This document shows, one piece after another, positions 58,980 through 64,000 of a DNA stretch of 64,000 bases. Within the stretch, counting starts at the first letter, position 1; the number at the start of each line of letters is the position of its first letter. Source of the DNA: an uncultured delta proteobacterium (GTDB lineage Bacteria; Desulfobacterota; RBG-13-43-22); assembly GCA_963743305.1 (NCBI GenBank), contig CAVUPH010000013.1, positions 192,001-256,000 on the forward strand, written 5' to 3'. The notes under the pieces were generated by a model. That model was not told where the DNA came from, ran no database searches, and saw only the letters and a list, made by a program, of their open reading frames with translations. The position numbers and the translations under genes are program-made.

Positions 58980-61185
58980 TCAGCGGAGCAGCAGCGGCAA
59001 GTACAGCAGATTGCGGAGGTCGAGCGCGATAGCCCAGGGGTCGCCCAAAGACCCATTCAAGTTGCCGAGATCAACGCCACCCGACCCGTCCAGGTTGGCC
59101 CGCACGATCTTGCGGTTCAGGCGGCTGGTGATATACATCTGGTCATGGGCTAAGTCCAGTGCGATGCCAACAGGGTTACTGAGGAAACCGCCCGGGTTGC
59201 CGAGGTCGGTGCCACCCGACCCGTCCAGGTTGGCCCGCACGATCTTCTGGTTGCCGGAACTCGCGATATACATTTTGCCGCCCGTCAAGTCGAGCGCGAG
59301 ATAATTGGGTTCGTTGAGGAAACCGCCGGGGTTGCCGAGGTCGGTGGCGCCCGTGCCGTCCAGATTGGCCCGCACGATCTTGTGGTTCGCACGGCTGACG
59401 ATATACATCTGGTTATGGGCCAAGTCCAGCGCGATGCCGATCGGGTTGAGGAGGAAACCGCCGGGGTTGCCGAGGTCGACGGCGCCCGACCCGTCCAGAT
59501 TCGCCCGCACGATCTTGTGGTTAAAAAAGTTTGCCACATACATCTTGCCGCCTGCCAGGTCGAGGGCCACGTCTGCGGGAAGATTCAGAAATCCACCCGG
59601 GTTGCCGAGGTCGGTTGGGCTGCTGCCGTCCAGGTTGACCTGTACGATCTTGTGGTTGATAGAGCTCGCCACATACATCCTGCCGTTCGCCAGATCCAGC
59701 GTGACGCCGGCCGGCTCATTGAGCAAGCCGCCAGGATTTCCCAAGCTGGCGCCGTTGGTGCCGTCCAGGTTAGCCCGGCTTAGGTTGCCTCCTATGGTAA
59801 GGTTGGTGACGTACAGCTGACGCCCGTAGATCGGCACATTGACGCTGACGGTATTGGTGCAATCGTTGTTGCTTTCGTTGCTCTCGGCTACCCGGTTGTC
59901 GGGGTCGGCGCGGCAGACGCCGCCGGTCGGATTAATCAGTGTCCCCGTCGCATTCGGCCTAACGTTGAACAACACGTCGAACCTGCCGGAAGAGGCGTTT
60001 AAGGTGACGGTTCCACCGGTTCGGTGCAGGTGAGCTCATTGGCGGCAAGGCTGCAATGGATGTTTCCGCTGTTGGTGACATTGTTGGTGCTTGTCACTGT
60101 TGGCGTGCCATAGGTCGCTCCGGCGGGCAGGTTGTCCCGCACCAGTACCTGGCCGCTGAAAAAGGACGCGGGCGCAGTGCCGGTGTTGACCACCAGGAGC
60201 GTCCAGTTGAAATCGCCGCCGCTGGGCAGGCCGCCGCCGATAGTGTTCGTCATGGTCGCTTTAGGTCCGGTGCCAGGTCCAGTGCGATGCCAACTGGGGC
60301 ATTGAGGAATCCGCCCGGGTTGCCAAGGTCGGTCCCGCCCGTCCCATTCAGGTTCGCCCGCACAATGCGATTAGTGTTCGTGACATACATCTTGCCATTT
60401 GCCAGGTCGAGGGCAATGCCGCGAGAGTTGTTGAGGAATCCGCCGGGGTTGCCGAGATCCTGTGGGCTGCTGCCGTCCAAGTTCGCCCGCACGATCTTCT
60501 GGTTACCAATACTTGTGACATACATTTTGCCGTTTGGGAGGTCCAGCGCGATGGCATATGGGCTATTGAGGAATCCGCCGAGGTTGCCGAGGTCCTGCGG
60601 GTCGCTGCCGTCCAGGTTCGCCCGCGCGATCTTGTTGTCAGAGAAGTTCACGACATACATTTTGCCATTGGCGAGGTCCAGTGCGATGCCAACTGGGCTA
60701 CTGAAGAATCCGCCGGGGTTGCCGAGGTCCTGCGGGCTGCTGCCGTCCAGGTTCGCCCGCACGATCTTTTTATTTCCTAAGCTGGTCACATACATCTTGC
60801 CGCCTGCCGAGGTCCAGCGCGATACCAACCGGGCTACTGAGGAATCCGCCAAGATTGCCGAGGTCCTGCGGGCTACTGCCGTCCAGGTTCGCCCGCACGA
60901 TCTTGCTGCCAGTAGCTCACCACATACATCTTGCCGCCTGCCAGGTCCAGCGCGATGCCTTGAGCATCAGAGAGTAGGCCGCCCGGGTTGCCGAGATCGG
61001 TGCCCCCCGCGCCGGTCAAGTCCGCGCGGATGATCTTGCTGTTATTGAAATTTGCAATATACATCTGGGCGGCAAAAAGAGGCGTCACCGATGCGATCCA
61101 GGCGAGGAACGCCAAGGCGGTCAGCAGGGTAATCCGGAGCTTTCCGCAGGCCCGGAAGAGTTAGAAAAGCATTCGATGTGATCAT
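58980..61185 (-). CDS. Secreted protein with two six-bladed LY/YWTD-like propellers around a DUF11/CARDB-like Ig domain; C-terminal LYLPLLLR; several frameshifts
   Basis: 12 x ~43-aa GIALD..GKMYV....KIVRANLDGS repeats; ADPDNRVAESNESNN; GGAGG RBS at 61185. Confidence 0.8.
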
Positions 61186-61263
61186 GGGGATCCTCCCTTC
61201 GGAATAACTGGTTGGGTTATCTGTTCACCCGAGGCCTCTTAAAACATCCTATCCCACTCCAGG

Positions 61264-62526
61264 TCACGGCCGAAGGAGGAGGGGCAGGAAAATGGAGTAC
61301 TGGGCGCCAAGCTCCCCGCCCCGCACGGGCCAGGCATAGTAGCGAGCGTTGAATTTGTCTCCGGAGTTGACCGCGCCGGTAAGCAGGTCATAAGCATGGG
61401 CGGAGCGGGTATTGGATAGAAGCGACGTGGAGGACCAGAGGAAGCGATTCGCCGGGTCCGGATCGATATCGGTAAAGGGATGGCCCGCGGGGAGGGCCGG
61501 ATCATGGGCCTGGTGATCGGTCAGGCTTTGCAGTTCCACTACGTTTGGCAGGCGCCAGTCCTGGCGGCCCAAATAGTGTTCCTGGTTCAGGCATTGGACG
61601 TACGCCAGGGCCTGGCTCCAGCTTTTCGTTTCCTGGGGCTGGCAGGCTTGAGGGCCCGGGGTTCCTACCCGGCGGGTCCAGCTCAACCCGGTGAGCCGAT
61701 CCAGGACCTCTTCGCCGCTCACCGGCGAGCCCCCATCCGGATTGACAAACCGGGGATCCGGCCAGGCAACCCCGCTTCTCAATTCCCCGTCCTGACCCGT
61801 GCCGGGGCAGTCAATCGGGTAATAGGGCGATACCCAATAATAGCATTGGGTTTGTCCCGTAAGGGGCAGGGAAACAACCCCATTTCCCCCCGGAACCGCA
61901 CCCCCGCCCCGAACCGGCCAGACCACCGAGTCTTGATCCGCGCCTTTAATAGTGTGATTCAGGGGCAGGAGGTAATAGGGAAGGCCGTAAAAGACCTTAT
62001 CGGGACTTTTTACGTTGGTGGTCGAGGACCAGATTTTAGAATAGGGATTGAAAATAAAACCAAATGTTTCCAGCCACTGGTCATCCCGGATCTGGCCGTC
62101 ATGGTGCAGGCTGGCCAGTTCGACCGTATTCGGCATCCTCCAGTCATCGTGATTCAGGTAGCGGGTATCGTTCAAGCACTTGACATATTCGTGAGCCGGG
62201 CCCCAGTCCTTCGACCCCCCCGTGCAAAACCCCCGGGCCGGCGAGGTAACGTCCTTGGCCCAGACGAGTCCGGTGAGCCGGTCCAGGATTTCCTCCCCGC
62301 TGATGGGCAGGGTGCCGTCCGGATTGGTAAAACGCGGATTGGGCCAGGCCGCTCCGGTCCGGTATTCTCCATCCTGCCCGGAATTCCGGCATTCAACCTG
62401 GTACCCCCAAACCCCGTCAAAACAGTTTACCTGCCCGGTCTTAGGCAGGCGGATCTCGGCCGCCTGACCTTCCAGGGCCAGGATGACTGTTAACAATAGG
62501 AACGGAAACAAAATTTTCTTGTTCAT
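61264..62526 (-). CDS. Tandem DUF1566 (Lcl-type) secreted protein, C-terminal IFLPLLLRP
   Basis: 2 x LP.TGQ..C, GQDGE, DRLTGL.W, DWR.PN..EL, WSST, WPVRGG. Confidence 0.88.
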   Translation of the reverse strand: MNKKILFPFLLLTVILALEGQAAEIRLPKTGQVNCFDGVWGYQVECRNSGQDGEYRTGAAWPNPRFTNPDGTLPISGEEILDRLTGLVWAKDVTSPARGFCTGGSKDWGPAHEYVKCLNDTRYLNHDDWRMPNTVELASLHHDGQIRDDQWLETFGFIFNPYSKIWSSTTNVKSPDKVFYGLPYYLLPLNHTIKGADQDSVVWPVRGGGAVPGGNGVVSLPLTGQTQCYYWVSPYYPIDCPGTGQDGELRSGVAWPDPRFVNPDGGSPVSGEEVLDRLTGLSWTRRVGTPGPQACQPQETKSWSQALAYVQCLNQEHYLGRQDWRLPNVVELQSLTDHQAHDPALPAGHPFTDIDPDPANRFLWSSTSLLSNTRSAHAYDLLTGAVNSGDKFNARYYAWPVRGGELGAQYSIFLPLLLRP

Positions 62527-62533
62527 GGAAATT

Positions 62534-63940
62534 CTACCGCACGTGCGCAGCGGGTGTCGTCGGGTTGTTTCCTGGCCGCGCACCGCTGGAGAAACCTGTG
62601 CAACTAAATACATGCGTCTTTGCCCCCCCCGGGAAATACAGCGTTTCATCCACAGTGCCGCAGATGGTCGCGGGATGATAGGAATAGGTTCCCGCGGGGA
62701 AGCTTCCATAAAAAGTAGAGCCGCCGCCAAGGTACTTCGGACCTAGGCCCGTGCCGTAAACCTCGTAGTACATTTGACCCCCCGTTTCGTTTTCTATATA
62801 CAGGGTACAAATCGCTGGCAGCGGTGACCAGGTATTCATGATCATCGGAAGGTAGAGTTTTTTTTCAAGGATGGGTGCACCCAAAACAAGGTCCAACAGT
62901 GCACTGGTACTGCCTATGGTCAGGTTCTTGGTTCCGCTGGCGCTGCCGGTGAAGGTCACCGAGTAAGTTCCAGGCGCCATGGTTACCGGGATGGCGTACC
63001 CGCCGCTGGCGGAGGTCACCGCGTAATAGGTGCCGGCATTCGGGGTAACGGTCACTCCTCCAATCCCCTCGCCGGGGTCGTACTGACTATTGCCGTTCAA
63101 ATCGCGCCAGACGGTCCCCACGATGAATTGGTTGTAGTGGTCGGCATAGGAAGTGATCGCTTTGCAGTAGTTGCCGGTGGTCACATAGGGGCCGACACTC
63201 GTGCCGGGGTTGTTCTCATAGACCAGTGCCACCCCTACGTTGGTATAGTTGTTGGGGTCCAAGGACATGATCGCCTGACGGTGGCCACGGCCGGTCTGCA
63301 TACCGTCCGCCGTGCCACTCCCCCAGTCGATGTTCCAGGCCGCGTGGGCATTCAGGCTGCTGTCGGCGTAAGCAAAGACATTGCCGCGGACGGCTTGCCA
63401 CTTAAAGCCGGCAGTATTGATGCGATCAAACTGCCCGGTGTGATCCTGAGCATCACGGGCGATCAGGTCATCCGAATGCGCCTTGGCCGCGTTGTACAAG
63501 CGCACGTCGAAGGCCGCGGGCGGCTTGGCGGAATAGCCGTTAAACTCATTCTGCAGCACCGTCGTATTGACGACAAACCAATTCCGGCCGTCGGCGATGT
63601 CCGGGTCAGTCGAGGTAGCCAGCCAGACGCCCTCCGCCGACGGGTTGGCCCGCGCCCGGTTCATCAACCACATCACCTGCTGCTCCCGGCCATCCGGGTG
63701 AGCGCCATCGGCGGTTTTATGGAGTGTCCACTCCACCGTGGGAGCGCCGAGCGATGGGTAGATCGGCGCCGGCAGACTAAGGATTTGCGCCGGGTCGAGT
63801 GTCATTGCCGGAGGATTTTCCGCCGGGCTCCGCGGCGGGTTACTCTCCTGACCGGAAGCGGTTTGGGTCCCTAAGAACGAAAAAGCAACAAGAACGACAA
63901 AGCAAAAACCGATTCGGAGGATTTTCTCAAGCTTGGACAT
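62534..63940 (-). CDS. Secreted CAP (SCP) domain protein with Ig domain and internal LYLPMIMN motif
   Basis: LMNRARANP, AAKAHSDD, GHRQAIM, VWRDLNGNSQYDPGEG, TSASGGY. Confidence 0.85.
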   Translation of the reverse strand: MSKLEKILRIGFCFVVLVAFSFLGTQTASGQESNPPRSPAENPPAMTLDPAQILSLPAPIYPSLGAPTVEWTLHKTADGAHPDGREQQVMWLMNRARANPSAEGVWLATSTDPDIADGRNWFVVNTTVLQNEFNGYSAKPPAAFDVRLYNAAKAHSDDLIARDAQDHTGQFDRINTAGFKWQAVRGNVFAYADSSLNAHAAWNIDWGSGTADGMQTGRGHRQAIMSLDPNNYTNVGVALVYENNPGTSVGPYVTTGNYCKAITSYADHYNQFIVGTVWRDLNGNSQYDPGEGIGGVTVTPNAGTYYAVTSASGGYAIPVTMAPGTYSVTFTGSASGTKNLTIGSTSALLDLVLGAPILEKKLYLPMIMNTWSPLPAICTLYIENETGGQMYYEVYGTGLGPKYLGGGSTFYGSFPAGTYSYHPATICGTVDETLYFPGGAKTHVFSCTGFSSGARPGNNPTTPAAHVR

Positions 63941-64000
63941 TCTTCTCCCTCGCTCCATGAATGCAATTTGTGAATTCCCATCTTGGATTCAAAACAAAAT

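Noticed and set aside
59050-61000. Regularly spaced DNA repeats resembling a CRISPR array
   Set aside because: ~129-bp coding repeats of a propeller protein; no unique spacers and no cas genes.

Overview
A 64-kb bacterial chromosomal segment. The gene content and an orphan PEP-CTERM suggest an anaerobic, Desulfobacterota/deltaproteobacterium-like diderm (inference). Intact metabolic and housekeeping blocks are: liv-type ABC transporter, sfsA, ogt, B12-dependent nrdJ with an NrdR box, TTT transporter tctCBA, and a treZ-treY-DUF5752-treT trehalose/stress operon. These alternate with accessory blocks rich in secreted repeat proteins, gene remnants and frameshifts. Main observations: (1) seven unrelated secreted proteins share a short [LIV][YF]LP[LIM][IL]x[RKN]-like peptide, placed C-terminally, N-terminally or internally, which points to an uncharacterised export or docking system; (2) a multicopper-oxidase gene pair has complementary copper ligands split between the two genes; (3) a ~100-nt non-coding element with fixed internal spacing occurs four times between two direct-repeat gene cassettes; (4) a perfect 40-bp palindrome lies inside a four-helix-bundle gene; (5) a Schlafen/AlbA-ParA pair, a c-di-AMP riboswitch upstream of rlpA, a RAYT transposase with REPs, and several other palindromic repeat families. 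Family assignments come from motif recognition only; no database search was run. Many frameshifts may be sequencing errors.
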